The notes beneath the pieces are model-generated. The model searched no databases, had not been told where the DNA came from, and worked only from the letters and a program-made list of their open reading frames with translations. Positions 51,424 to 60,573 of a DNA stretch of 64,000 nt are shown here, in pieces. The DNA comes from Methanobacteriota archaeon (GTDB lineage Archaea > Halobacteriota > Bog-38 > Methanoflorentales > Methanoflorentaceae): the NCBI GenBank assembly GCA_963720465.1, contig OY970393.1, positions 2,048,001 through 2,112,000 on the forward strand, in the 5' to 3' direction. Made by a program: the position numbers and the translations under genes. The number at the start of each line of letters is the position of its first letter. The first letter of the stretch is position 1.

Positions 51424-51533
51424 TAGGCCTCCTTGTTGCTCATATCAGCCGTGAAAAGTTTTGTAGTACTATTAAACGGCACAAATCACTCCTCGACTAC
51501 GCGTTAGCACCTTCGTTGACCGCTAGCTGCAAA

Positions 51534-53264
51534 TCAAGCCTTTTTGAGCTTTACGAATAGACTGTCAGTGTCTCCGTAGATCACCTCGAGACCGTGCTTC
51601 CCAGCACGCTCAACCGCGTCCTGTATGATAGTGCGTCCCCACGCTGTCGTTGCTTCAGCACATTCTTTGCGGTACCACTTCGCTGCGTGCCATCCAGTAT
51701 AGCCGTAGAACGCGTTTGTCAGGATCTTGATTGCGTTCTGGTGAACATCAAGGATGGTATAATCATCTGAACCCTTGTCAGTCTGAGCCATTTGTTCTCT
51801 AACCGTTTTTCTTCGTTCAATTAAGTTCGTGAGGATGAGTTTGAAGAATCCATCGGGGTGCTTCCTAAATCGATACTCGGTTCCGGGGGCCTCGTAGAAT
51901 TCCGTATGCTTTTCGTCTGGCGACACGACGGTGTCCGGTGATATGTTATAGCCAATCATTATCGAAGGGTACATAGATGAAAAATCGAGGCTGAGTACGT
52001 CTTCGTGCACGCCGGGTTTTGGAAACAGGACGAAGCCCCCAACGTAGCTGCCCGTGCCCCCTCCTTTCGCAGGCACAATTTCATTTATCTTGAACGCCTC
52101 GGCAACCAAAAGTGACTCGACTTGCCGTCCCCTCCCCATTCTTGATACCTCGTCGAGTGGCCGTCTCACGATCCGCGAAAATTCAAATTGACTGGGAAGT
52201 AGCCGCTCTGCGACCCCCCACGTGCTCACCACATCAGCTTTTGAATAATCAAAAAGAACCTGCCTAAGCTCAGGATCGTTCCAATACCGGGCCATATCCC
52301 AACCCGGAACTTGTGCGCGATCCGACTTGCGCATGACCCCCATATAGTCGGCGACATTGTCCAAAGTCTTGACGCTGAGCTCGCTTAAGTCCCGTTTTAC
52401 GACCTTGTACAAGTCGACGTTGCTGCGTCCGAAGATCCTGACCTCTTTCACGCCGCCCCCGGCGCTGAACTTGGCAGGACTCCCGTCCCTTCCGATCGTT
52501 AAGCGGAGCTTGAATTTTTCTGCTCTCGTTTTCAAGTATTGCCAATCAAACTCGTCAGTGTTGTAGCCGACGATAACGTCGGGGTCATATTCGTGAATGA
52601 AGGAGATGAAGTCGGCGATGACCCGCCTATCATCGTTATCATCACCAACCGAAAAGAAGGTTGTTTCATCGGCTCCGGTAGCTATAGAAATGATGATGAT
52701 AGGGTCTTTGCTCGGAATTGGAACGCCACCGTGGCTTAGCATCTCACAGTCGAAGGCCATTACTTTGAGATCGGGGTTCTTACGGTGCTGTTCGGCTTCT
52801 ATGTGGTCGACATCGATGGCAAAGGAAAAATGCGGATCGGCGCGTTCGCGCCCTTCCACCAGAACCTGATCCATAGGTACGAGTTCGCGATCGATTACGT
52901 ACCGGACGGCGAATAGAATGTCTGCTTCCCTGACACTCACGCCAACTGCAGCTACCTTTTCGCGCAATATCGGCACGTGTTGCGGGTGATCGACGTACAC
53001 TTTGAGAACAGTGACGGGCTGTCCAAAATCCTTGCGCACGACACGTTCGACGCGATTCGGCCGGATCTCCTCACCAGACCGCATCGACGCTATAGACATT
53101 ATGGCGTCAGCGTCGTCCGTTACCGCATAAAAATAGGGTTCAAAATTAGGATCGTAGGCGATGATATTGCGACCGAGCTCGTCTTTAAGCCACATGCGAA
53201 TCACTGCTCGACCGTCCAACGTGATGTAGTCAACATCAAGCAAAAAGCATCGAAGCCGCATCAA
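51534..53264 (-). CDS. polB: Family B DNA polymerase, N-terminal (exonuclease + palm/fingers) subunit of a split enzyme
   Basis: AFDCE, GYNTDEFD, YSKAD exonuclease motifs. DFSSMYPS, KILTNAFYGY and YGDTDSLF polymerase motifs, then a stop. Confidence 0.95.
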   Translation of the reverse strand: MMRLRCFLLDVDYITLDGRAVIRMWLKDELGRNIIAYDPNFEPYFYAVTDDADAIMSIASMRSGEEIRPNRVERVVRKDFGQPVTVLKVYVDHPQHVPILREKVAAVGVSVREADILFAVRYVIDRELVPMDQVLVEGRERADPHFSFAIDVDHIEAEQHRKNPDLKVMAFDCEMLSHGGVPIPSKDPIIIISIATGADETTFFSVGDDNDDRRVIADFISFIHEYDPDVIVGYNTDEFDWQYLKTRAEKFKLRLTIGRDGSPAKFSAGGGVKEVRIFGRSNVDLYKVVKRDLSELSVKTLDNVADYMGVMRKSDRAQVPGWDMARYWNDPELRQVLFDYSKADVVSTWGVAERLLPSQFEFSRIVRRPLDEVSRMGRGRQVESLLVAEAFKINEIVPAKGGGTGSYVGGFVLFPKPGVHEDVLSLDFSSMYPSIMIGYNISPDTVVSPDEKHTEFYEAPGTEYRFRKHPDGFFKLILTNLIERRKTVREQMAQTDKGSDDYTILDVHQNAIKILTNAFYGYTGWHAAKWYRKECAEATTAWGRTIIQDAVERAGKHGLEVIYGDTDSLFVKLKKA

Positions 53265-53321
53265 TAAACGAAAGTTTTCGATGCTACATAAACGTGCCGA
53301 GGAAGGCGCAAATATTACGGT

Positions 53322-53771
53322 TTAAAAGAAAAAGTCCATTTCTTTGATATCAAGGTCGTCTTTGCTTATTGCGCCATCGTCAAGAATGGAGCGCCTTATC
53401 AGCACTGTAGTTTCTGCTCGAATCGCGAGCGCAATACAGTCGCTCGGACGGGCATCAAGTTGCTTTTCAGTCCCATTAACCTTTATGGAGAGTCGCGCAT
53501 AGTAGATTCCTTCGTCGACGTCGTCTATGACTACGGTGACGATGCTCGCTTCAAAGTTCTCGAGTATCGACATTATCAAATCGTGTGTCATAGGGCGTGA
53601 CGGCACCTCTCCGTGCAGGGCTGCATTTATTGAGATTGCTTCAGAGATGCCGATATAGATCGGCAGGAAGCGGTGTCCGTCATCGGTCAACAATACCACT
53701 GGCGTATGTCCAGTAGTCGTGCTAACCATGTATATCCCCTTAACCTCCACCGGGGTTACTTCATCTACCAT
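53322..53771 (-). CDS. Bifunctional nuclease DUF151
   Basis: LPIYIGISEA, RPMTHDL, DARPSDCIALA. Confidence 0.93.
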   Translation of the reverse strand: MVDEVTPVEVKGIYMVSTTTGHTPVVLLTDDGHRFLPIYIGISEAISINAALHGEVPSRPMTHDLIMSILENFEASIVTVVIDDVDEGIYYARLSIKVNGTEKQLDARPSDCIALAIRAETTVLIRRSILDDGAISKDDLDIKEMDFFF

Positions 53772-53974
53772 TATTTACACCAATACTGTAGCTGTATATT
53801 AAATTGACTGCCGCTTAATACGCGCGTTAGTGTCTATAACAACGCGAAAGCAGCCCCCTGTAGGTCGCGTTGATTCGGACATGCCGCGCTATCGGTTCAG
53901 CACGATTCAAAGTTCTTCTACGCATACGCTAGTACATTTGCGTGCGCGCCTATCGCGATACGTGAAAAACCTTG

Positions 53975-54032
53975 AGTCCTGCAAGGCTAATATATACATT
54001 AGCAGTCCTGCAAGGCTAATATATACATTAGC
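53975..54032. repeat. Perfect 29-bp tandem duplication upstream of hisH
   Basis: AGTCCTGCAAGGCTAATATATACATTAGC x2. Confidence 0.95.
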
Positions 54033-54090
54033 ACACATCACTGAAGTAGGCATCACAGAGATATCGATCGCTTCGCTCACGCCTAGGGCA

Positions 54091-54711
54091 ATGAAAAGAA
54101 TTATTATAATTGATTACGGTCTCGGCAATTTAAGAAGTGTAACGCGCGGCCTCGAGCGTGCAGGGGCGCAGGCGGAGATCACTTCAGAAGCCAGTCAGCT
54201 CGTCCGAGCAGACGGCTTGGTGCTTCCAGGAGTGGGGGCATTCAAAAGCGGCATGCACAACATCAAAGATAAGAAAAGAGCGTTACTGCGTGCCGTAGAC
54301 GAAGGTACACCCGTGCTAGGAATCTGCTTAGGGATGCAGATGTTGCTCACCGCGAGCGATGAAGGTCGGAGTGAAAGCAGGCCGGTCGAGGGCTTAAATC
54401 TCCTTAAAGGCTACGTCAAGCGATTCAACTTTGGGACCACCTCAGAGAAACTTAAAATACCCCACATGGGATGGAATCGCCTGGAGGTGGTAAAAGAGAA
54501 CGCTTTGGTCCAAGGTGCCAACGGTGCATACGCGTATTTCGTTCACTCGTATTATGTGGAGCCCGGAGAACATACGGTTGCAACTTCAAACTATGGGACC
54601 GCATTTGCCGCTGTCGTTGCGAGCGGAAACGTTTTTGGAACGCAATTCCATCCAGAAAAGTCTTCTTCAGCCGGCTTGCAGATGTTGAAGAACTTTGTGG
54701 AGATATGCTAA
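54091..54711 (+). CDS. hisH: Imidazole glycerol phosphate synthase subunit HisH
   Basis: IDYGLGNLRSV, LPGVGAF, GICLGMQ, PHMGWN, YFVHSY, QFHPEKS. Confidence 0.97.
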   Translation: MKRIIIIDYGLGNLRSVTRGLERAGAQAEITSEASQLVRADGLVLPGVGAFKSGMHNIKDKKRALLRAVDEGTPVLGICLGMQMLLTASDEGRSESRPVEGLNLLKGYVKRFNFGTTSEKLKIPHMGWNRLEVVKENALVQGANGAYAYFVHSYYVEPGEHTVATSNYGTAFAAVVASGNVFGTQFHPEKSSSAGLQMLKNFVEIC

Positions 54712-56045
54712 TGGACCTTGAAGGCTACGCGAAAAGAGCCCTGAGGCAAGGCTTAGCAAAAGAAGTAATAGAGCGCACGCTCGCAGAGCGAATTCTAGAG
54801 GTCCGCGACATTCCTCTCGATTCCGCAGTGCGTATAGCCCAAGCGGTTCTCGAGGAAGCGGAACGCACTCTTTGTGACAGGGAACGATCTGGGGTCACGA
54901 TGGGTAATTTCGGGGTCGGCTCACGGGGATCCGGCGATTTCTATGTACACGAAGAAATAGCGAGGATCATCGGAAAAACGAGCGCGATTGTCGGCTCTGA
55001 TCAGCTTGATGATTCCGGAGTAGTCAGAGCAAAAGGTGACTTGATAGTGGTAACAGTAGACGGCATGCATTCGCGCTTGAGTGACTTCCCATTTCTCGCG
55101 GGATTCCACGTCACACGTGCATCCTTGCGGGATATCTATGTCATGGGTGCACAGCCGGTCGCCTTGTTTTCCGACATTCATCTCGCTGACGACGGGGACG
55201 TATCGAAGGTGTTTGACTATACGGCAGGCATCGGGGCAGTAGCGGACGTTATGAATGTTCCGTTAGTCACCGGAAGCACGTTGCGGGTTGGCGGCGACGT
55301 GGTGATCGGCGACCGACTGACAGGGTGCGTTGGTGCCGTCGGCGTAGCGAGCAATCAAGGCTTGACGGCGCGGATCAATGCACGCGAAGACGACGTTATT
55401 CTCATGACCGAAGGCGCTGGCGGCGGAACCATAACAGCTACAGCGCTGTATAATGGCCGTTCAGACGTGGTAAAGCAAACGTTGAACCTGAAGTTTCTTC
55501 ACGCGTGCGATAGGTTGCTACGAGATGGTCTCGTCACCAAGATACATGCGATGACTGATGTCACGAACGGCGGCATACGAGGAGATGCGGAGGAAATATC
55601 AAAAACGGCGCAGGTAAAGCTCGTTTTGGAAGAGGAGAAGATACGGCGGCTCATCGATCCCACGGTTTTGACTATGCTCGACGATTTGCAGATCGATTAC
55701 ATGGGCGTCTCCATTGATTCATTGCTCATAGTTGCTCCGGCTCAGCTCGAAGCGGAGATAAAAAGCACCCTAAACGGCGTCATAAAGGTCGATCAAGTAG
55801 GCCATGTTGAGTCAGGGAGCGGCGCCGAAGCACTCCGTGATGGTAAGCGGTTCACTATCACGCCGAAGTTCCGCGAATCAGCCTATACGCCCGTAAAGAA
55901 AGTGGTCGGTGAACACGCAGATCATCAAGAAATACAACAAATGCGTGCCCGGGTCGATTTGGCTGCCGCGCGCGCACTGCGCATGAAAGAACAAATGATC
56001 ACCTATCTCCGAACGGGAGACAACCTGCCCGACGTTAGCTGTTAG
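54711..56045 (+). CDS. AIR synthase-related (HypE/PurM-like) protein of methanogens
   Basis: MDLEGYA start, GVGSRGSGDF, DGMHSRLSDFPFLAGFHV, MTDVTNGG, FRESAYTP. Confidence 0.88.
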   Translation: MDLEGYAKRALRQGLAKEVIERTLAERILEVRDIPLDSAVRIAQAVLEEAERTLCDRERSGVTMGNFGVGSRGSGDFYVHEEIARIIGKTSAIVGSDQLDDSGVVRAKGDLIVVTVDGMHSRLSDFPFLAGFHVTRASLRDIYVMGAQPVALFSDIHLADDGDVSKVFDYTAGIGAVADVMNVPLVTGSTLRVGGDVVIGDRLTGCVGAVGVASNQGLTARINAREDDVILMTEGAGGGTITATALYNGRSDVVKQTLNLKFLHACDRLLRDGLVTKIHAMTDVTNGGIRGDAEEISKTAQVKLVLEEEKIRRLIDPTVLTMLDDLQIDYMGVSIDSLLIVAPAQLEAEIKSTLNGVIKVDQVGHVESGSGAEALRDGKRFTITPKFRESAYTPVKKVVGEHADHQEIQQMRARVDLAAARALRMKEQMITYLRTGDNLPDVSC

Positions 56046-56178
56046 GCAAAAACTAGCCCGTTGGATAGGGCCTTATTATGGCAATAGTCGCACATCCTTT
56101 TCGGCTCAAACTGATCAATTTTTTGGGTGCTTTGATGCTATAGAGGGCTCGGGGGAGCTTTTTGATTCTGGCCGGAAG

Positions 56179-57225
56179 TTGCCTACTTTAAGCGAAAAGT
56201 TGTCTACTCCACAGCAGTCGCTGCAAAGTAGCGAGTGCACAATTGAAACAGCCCCCTGTAGTGTGAGCTGTGTTTCGTTTGGCCAGAATCCCACAGGCGA
56301 GACGCTTAGTGACATCGCATTGCCATTCACTGCTGGTGAACTTTCAGGGTATGTGTCCAACCGTTTGTTAGGTCTAGCAGAACCCTCCTGCATTTGGATT
56401 GAACGGGCTGCGAAGAAGTTGTGGCAAACTACCCTTGGCGTCATTTCGCAACATACCTTGCAACAACTGCGAGCGGAAACGCTACAGCGGTATCACTGCT
56501 CTACGAGCCACAGCAAGATCCTCTCGTTTGCGCAGTCTTTTCTGTCGTACCTCACGAAGGTCAGGCTCGATACCCTCTATCTTGCCTTCGGAATCTTCTT
56601 GCAGATGTCCAAAGCGGTGAAGGTACGAAAAGCAATTACGTCGCGCATTATTACGCAGGTCGACATCAAAAATGTGCTTCGATACATCAAACGAGCTGAA
56701 CAAGAGGGCAAGATATCGCAGGGCAGATCGTTGCAATATGTAGCGTTTATTCTGTTCGGAGCATACACAGGACAGCGGGCTATGTCGACGATTTCGCATC
56801 TCAAAGTGGGGCAATTTAGAGCTGCTCTTAAAACTGAAAAGCCAGTGCTGCTCGTAAAAGCTAACCAGGACAAGATAAGGATGGAACACTATGTGCCACT
56901 TTGTCCTCAAGTGGTGCGAGCTATTGAGCCGCTGTTGGACGGAAGAGGCGATGATGAACTTATGTTCATATACAACTCGCTGGTCATATGGCTAAAGCGA
57001 GAGCATATTCTCCTTTCACGGATAGCAACGCATTTCACGCCTGGAGATCTCAGGAAGCCGGTAGAACAAACTGGCGATATTATTCAATGGGATCAGTCAA
57101 ACCGAGCTTACGTCCTGACGCATGGCGTTTCAGGCGTTTCGTGGGCACATTATCGGCATCCATTGCCAGAGAACGTATATGATATCTATATGGAGTACTG
57201 GAGAAACGTCGATTTCACAGTCTAA
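56179..57225 (+). mobile_element. Divergent tyrosine recombinase/integrase
   Basis: YTGQR (Arg I), DK (Lys), GDLRK (Arg II), LTH, HY (Tyr) in catalytic order. Start uncertain. Confidence 0.75.
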
Positions 57226-57261
57226 GACTGTAAGTAACTTGATTTCAGTGCTGAGCCCCGC

Positions 57262-57367
57262 TGAAAGGAAAAACTGTGAACCTATGGGCGATATACTACA
57301 GTGGGATCAGTCAAATAAGAACTACATACTCACTCATGACGTTTCTGGAGTCGATTGGCGGTTCTAA
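57262..57367 (+). pseudogene. Short remnant of another recombinase copy directly behind the intact gene
   Basis: RKNCEPMGDILQWDQSNKNYILTHDVSGVDWRF*. Confidence 0.8.
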
Positions 57368-57940
57368 CTGAATTCGCCTTTTAACAACCGCTCATTATGT
57401 TTCCGTGCGGTCCCGTATGCGTCTGCGATTCCGACTAACCAGACAAGCGGATACGTAATGAACCGATTAGCACGAACATTAGAAGAACGTTCATCACCTG
57501 AACTATCATAAGGACGATTCCTTTCGCTATCTGTCCGTTATATATCTGTCCTAAACCGGCCCAGAAGAACGATAGCACAGCAGCAACACCGGGATTTTTC
57601 TTATACATTGATATTAACGCCAAGTCTGAAGGTGTTAATTCTCTCGGTGCTGGAGCTAGTGCTGGCGCTGGTGCTTTATCCAAAAACCTGAACGGATCTG
57701 CTGCTCTTCTCCCAAAGTCAAGGTAGGCCTTAAAGCCCCTCACCACTAGATCATCTTTTACGTCGTCTTTAGCTGACTGCTTGAGTTCTTGCAGTTGGTA
57801 TACTTGTGTTCCACTGATTGGCGACAGTGTGTTGTTGAAACCTGTGCCACACCTAGGACAATAATTAGAATCTGGTATAAGTTCGGTGCCACAATTTATA
57901 CAATTTCTTTTGCTTTCGTCCGTTTGTGTATCCGGCCTCT
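57364..57940 (-). pseudogene. Headless zinc-ribbon + TM2-domain membrane gene with a frameshift near 57463
   Basis: CINCG...CPRCG, KNPGVAAVLSFFWAGLGQIYNGQ, continuing in another frame as FITYPLVWLVGIADAY. No start codon upstream of the zinc ribbon. Confidence 0.75.
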
Positions 57941-58002
57941 CTGACGGAAAAATGAATCAAAAGCGTCAGATGGGGCCAATGAAGCTTAAGAATTGCTATC
58001 CG
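57941..58002 (-). repeat. Promoter/5'UTR module, copy B
   Basis: TGACGGAAAAATGAATCAAAAGCGT..AATGAAGCTTAAGAATTGCTATCCG, near-identical to 58641-58701. Confidence 0.9.
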
Positions 58003-58051
58003 GTCACGAAGCGTAGAGCGTCGGCAGCTGAATCAGAGGGTCGCTCTAAAA

Positions 58052-58627
58052 TTACTTTGCTGTCGCCGTCATCGTTCCCCCCGTCACGAACTCGTCAGTT
58101 TGCACGATCCAACTTGCTCCAACCGAGAGCGGGAATATACTTATCGAATTAATTTTGACAGCCAGGTGTTTGACTGCTGCATCATGCGCCATCACTGTTT
58201 TATACGGGCTGACCATGTCCGTCGGGCCCGGTGCATTGACACCTGTATCGTTTTGCGTGAATCCAACGCTCTGTTCGTTGTAGAACTTCGCCGCGTCGTC
58301 GGTGCTTGAGAATTGCGTGATATTGTAAGTATACGTTGTTATCGTCCCATTTGGATAGAAGCTGTTATATGTCGTGTTTTCGATCGTTGCGCTCATTCGT
58401 GCCGCATCCGACCCGTTTTCGACAACATTTGAACTGACGACCGTCGAGTTCTCTCCGGGATTGTTCTTGATGTTCGTCAGGAGTGCGTTTGCCAATTCGA
58501 CTGCCTTGTTCGACGGCGAGACTGTGTTTTGCGCAGTTTGAACCGGATTGGTACATCCGCTTATACCGACGACGAGAACCGCAATGATGCCTAGCATCAA
58601 AACCATTTTTAACGTAATTTTGATCAT
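58052..58627 (-). CDS. Lipoprotein
   Basis: LVVGISGC lipobox followed by a T/S/N-rich domain. Confidence 0.8.
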   Translation of the reverse strand: MIKITLKMVLMLGIIAVLVVGISGCTNPVQTAQNTVSPSNKAVELANALLTNIKNNPGENSTVVSSNVVENGSDAARMSATIENTTYNSFYPNGTITTYTYNITQFSSTDDAAKFYNEQSVGFTQNDTGVNAPGPTDMVSPYKTVMAHDAAVKHLAVKINSISIFPLSVGASWIVQTDEFVTGGTMTATAK

Positions 58628-58635
58628 TTATCGCC

Positions 58636-58701
58636 CCCCTTGACGGAAAAATGAATCAAAAGCGTAAGACGGGGTCAATGAAGCTTAAGAATTGCTATCC
58701 G
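58636..58701 (-). repeat. Promoter/5'UTR module, copy A
   Basis: Same ~61-bp sequence, here ending in a GGGGGG RBS before the ATG at 58627. Confidence 0.9.
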
Positions 58702-58734
58702 TGGTTTAGTGGATGACTGTTGACTCGTTGCATC

Positions 58735-59352
58735 TCACGCTACTACTTGAAACGTTGTCACTCCCGTCGATATTCCTGCTCCGGTAAACGCGCACTCGAT
58801 CGTGTGCGTTCCGATTGGCAGACCCTGTGCAGTAGGCATATTATACGTCAAACCACCCGGATTGTCGCAGATCGTACCACTAGCCACTAAGACAAGTTGT
58901 CCGTCAATATACCAGAACGGCGTATAGCACTGTGTCATATCAGAGCACGTCGCACTGAAATATGTGAACGTTACGTTTGTCTGACTGACTGTCGCCGGAA
59001 CTGCGTCCCAAGTTAGTGTCGTTGGCACGTTTGGTGTCGGCGTCGGTGTGGAGGTCGGTGTGGGCGTCGGCGTTGCGGCTATAGGTGTCGCCACTGCGGG
59101 AGTCGGCGTTGCGGCTATAGGTGTCGCCACTGCGGGAGTCGGCGTTGCGGCTATAGGTGTCGCCACTGCGGGAGTCGGCGTAGACGTAGACGTCGACGGT
59201 AACGCACTTGTTTGTGTAGGCGTCGCGGTCGATTGGCCCGTGGGCGCCATCGACGGGTTACTGGGGACGTTTATTTGGATGCAGCCAGCCACCCCCGCAA
59301 GGACAGTCACGAGCGCGACTACAACGCATGCCATTACCACCTTTTTTATCAT
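58735..59352 (-). CDS. Pro/Thr-rich lipoprotein with a C-terminal Ig-like domain
   Basis: LAGVAGC lipobox, TPTPAVATPIAA repeats, GTHTIECAF. Confidence 0.8.
   Translation of the reverse strand: MIKKVVMACVVVALVTVLAGVAGCIQINVPSNPSMAPTGQSTATPTQTSALPSTSTSTPTPAVATPIAATPTPAVATPIAATPTPAVATPIAATPTPTPTSTPTPTPNVPTTLTWDAVPATVSQTNVTFTYFSATCSDMTQCYTPFWYIDGQLVLVASGTICDNPGGLTYNMPTAQGLPIGTHTIECAFTGAGISTGVTTFQVVA
59066..59181. repeat. Perfect 36-bp coding VNTR (3.2 copies)
   Basis: GTCGGCGTTGCGGCTATAGGTGTCGCCACTGCGGGA x3. Confidence 0.95.
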
Positions 59353-59408
59353 ACGCTTAGCCTCATACGGCTTTCTTCCTCAAAAAAAGAAAGAGAAGAG
59401 GTAAAGAA

Positions 59409-59933
59409 CTACGACAGGTTCGTTACCACTGAATTAAAGTCGTCGTTGTATGTTAAAGTCGTTGCTTTCGCGCCCTGCGGGATTTCGAACGCTATCTGGC
59501 CTGTAACATGCTCTCCGGCATTCGTACCTGACACAACATTAAGTGGGTTGGTAAGGTCGAACGAAGAAGAAGAGTATTGGTAGACGGTTCCGTCGGCGGT
59601 AGTCAGTTTGAAATAAAGCGGATTGCCGATGTCCCAATTGTTCTCGTTGAGATTTTTGACTGTCACGTTGAAGATGAGGTACTCGTTGCCTGCTTGGGGC
59701 GTGTCTACGGCGTAGCCGCTCCCTATTTGGCTTGCTGTGTACTGCGAATTGACCGTTACGGCGATGGCTGAGCTGCCACTAGCACCGCCACCGCCCGACG
59801 AATTTTGCGTCGTGGTATTCGTCGTGCAACCACAGGTTGCGACCAAAACGAGCGCACCGATAAATAATAGCGGTAGCGCCTTTTTCAACGGCATCTTGAT
59901 GTACCGTTTCATCATCCTAGCTATTGGATTCAT
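59409..59933 (-). CDS. DUF4352-like lipoprotein, paralog of 38972-39490
   Basis: Nearly identical N-terminus (MPLKKALPLLFIG..CTTNTTTQNSSGGG) and GQIAFEIP. Confidence 0.85.
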   Translation of the reverse strand: MNPIARMMKRYIKMPLKKALPLLFIGALVLVATCGCTTNTTTQNSSGGGGASGSSAIAVTVNSQYTASQIGSGYAVDTPQAGNEYLIFNVTVKNLNENNWDIGNPLYFKLTTADGTVYQYSSSSFDLTNPLNVVSGTNAGEHVTGQIAFEIPQGAKATTLTYNDDFNSVVTNLS

Positions 59934-59949
59934 ATTTAACCTCCTATCT

Positions 59950-60477
59950 TTAAATGATTGACATCCCGCAGCCGCTGCAGAATATTGCCTTTGGTGTCAA
60001 TTTCTTTCCGCACCGTCCGCACACTGTGTAGCTGTGGGTGCTGCTGAGCGCCGTTCCGTTTAAAGTCGACGACGCGCTAGTGTATGAAGAGGTCTCTTGC
60101 GCCGCCGCAAATGATTCAGAATGTGCAACCGACGGCTGATGCGAGACCACCTCGTGCTCGGTCTTCCGTGCGAAAATCACAATAGCTCCCACAAGGAAGA
60201 ACAAGAATGGAAGCAGTCCGAAGAGGCTGATGGAAACGAGCACGCCAACTGCTGCAATGAGCATCAACGTGCCTCCAATTAGCCTCCTCCGTTCAAAGAC
60301 GCCGCCTGTTACCCCGACAATGGAGAATATGAAAGCAGCTAGGCCGAGCCCGTAGAGCGTAGTGCTCTGCGAGCTTGTTGAATATGTCGCTGAAATACTT
60401 CCTACCAGAACAGCGATGATACCTCCCACAAAACCAAGAAACCCCCCAATGAGTCCTATCCAAAATGCTTTACCCAC
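59950..60477 (-). CDS. DUF4064-like membrane protein with a C-terminal zinc ribbon, paralog of 39514-39870
   Basis: MGKAFWIGLIGG start and a CGRCG...FCSGCG tail. Confidence 0.8.
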   Translation of the reverse strand: MGKAFWIGLIGGFLGFVGGIIAVLVGSISATYSTSSQSTTLYGLGLAAFIFSIVGVTGGVFERRRLIGGTLMLIAAVGVLVSISLFGLLPFLFFLVGAIVIFARKTEHEVVSHQPSVAHSESFAAAQETSSYTSASSTLNGTALSSTHSYTVCGRCGKKLTPKAIFCSGCGMSII

Positions 60478-60573
60478 AGATTTCCCCCCTTAGGTTCAGC
60501 AATGAGTCTGCGCCGCACTAGCGACACATGACCATTAAGTTGTAGCTACAGTCGTCTCGCCTTTTGACTACTC

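Noticed and set aside
51424-51533. Intein, stop read-through or programmed frameshift joining the polB halves
   Set aside because: There are no intein terminal motifs, a second in-frame stop follows after nine codons, and the downstream gene has its own RBS.
53830-54090. N-terminal extension of the hisH ORF, and the 54471 start for the AIR-synthase-like ORF
   Set aside because: Homology begins at ATG 54091 and ATG 54711. The hisH extension runs through promoter DNA with the 29-bp duplication.
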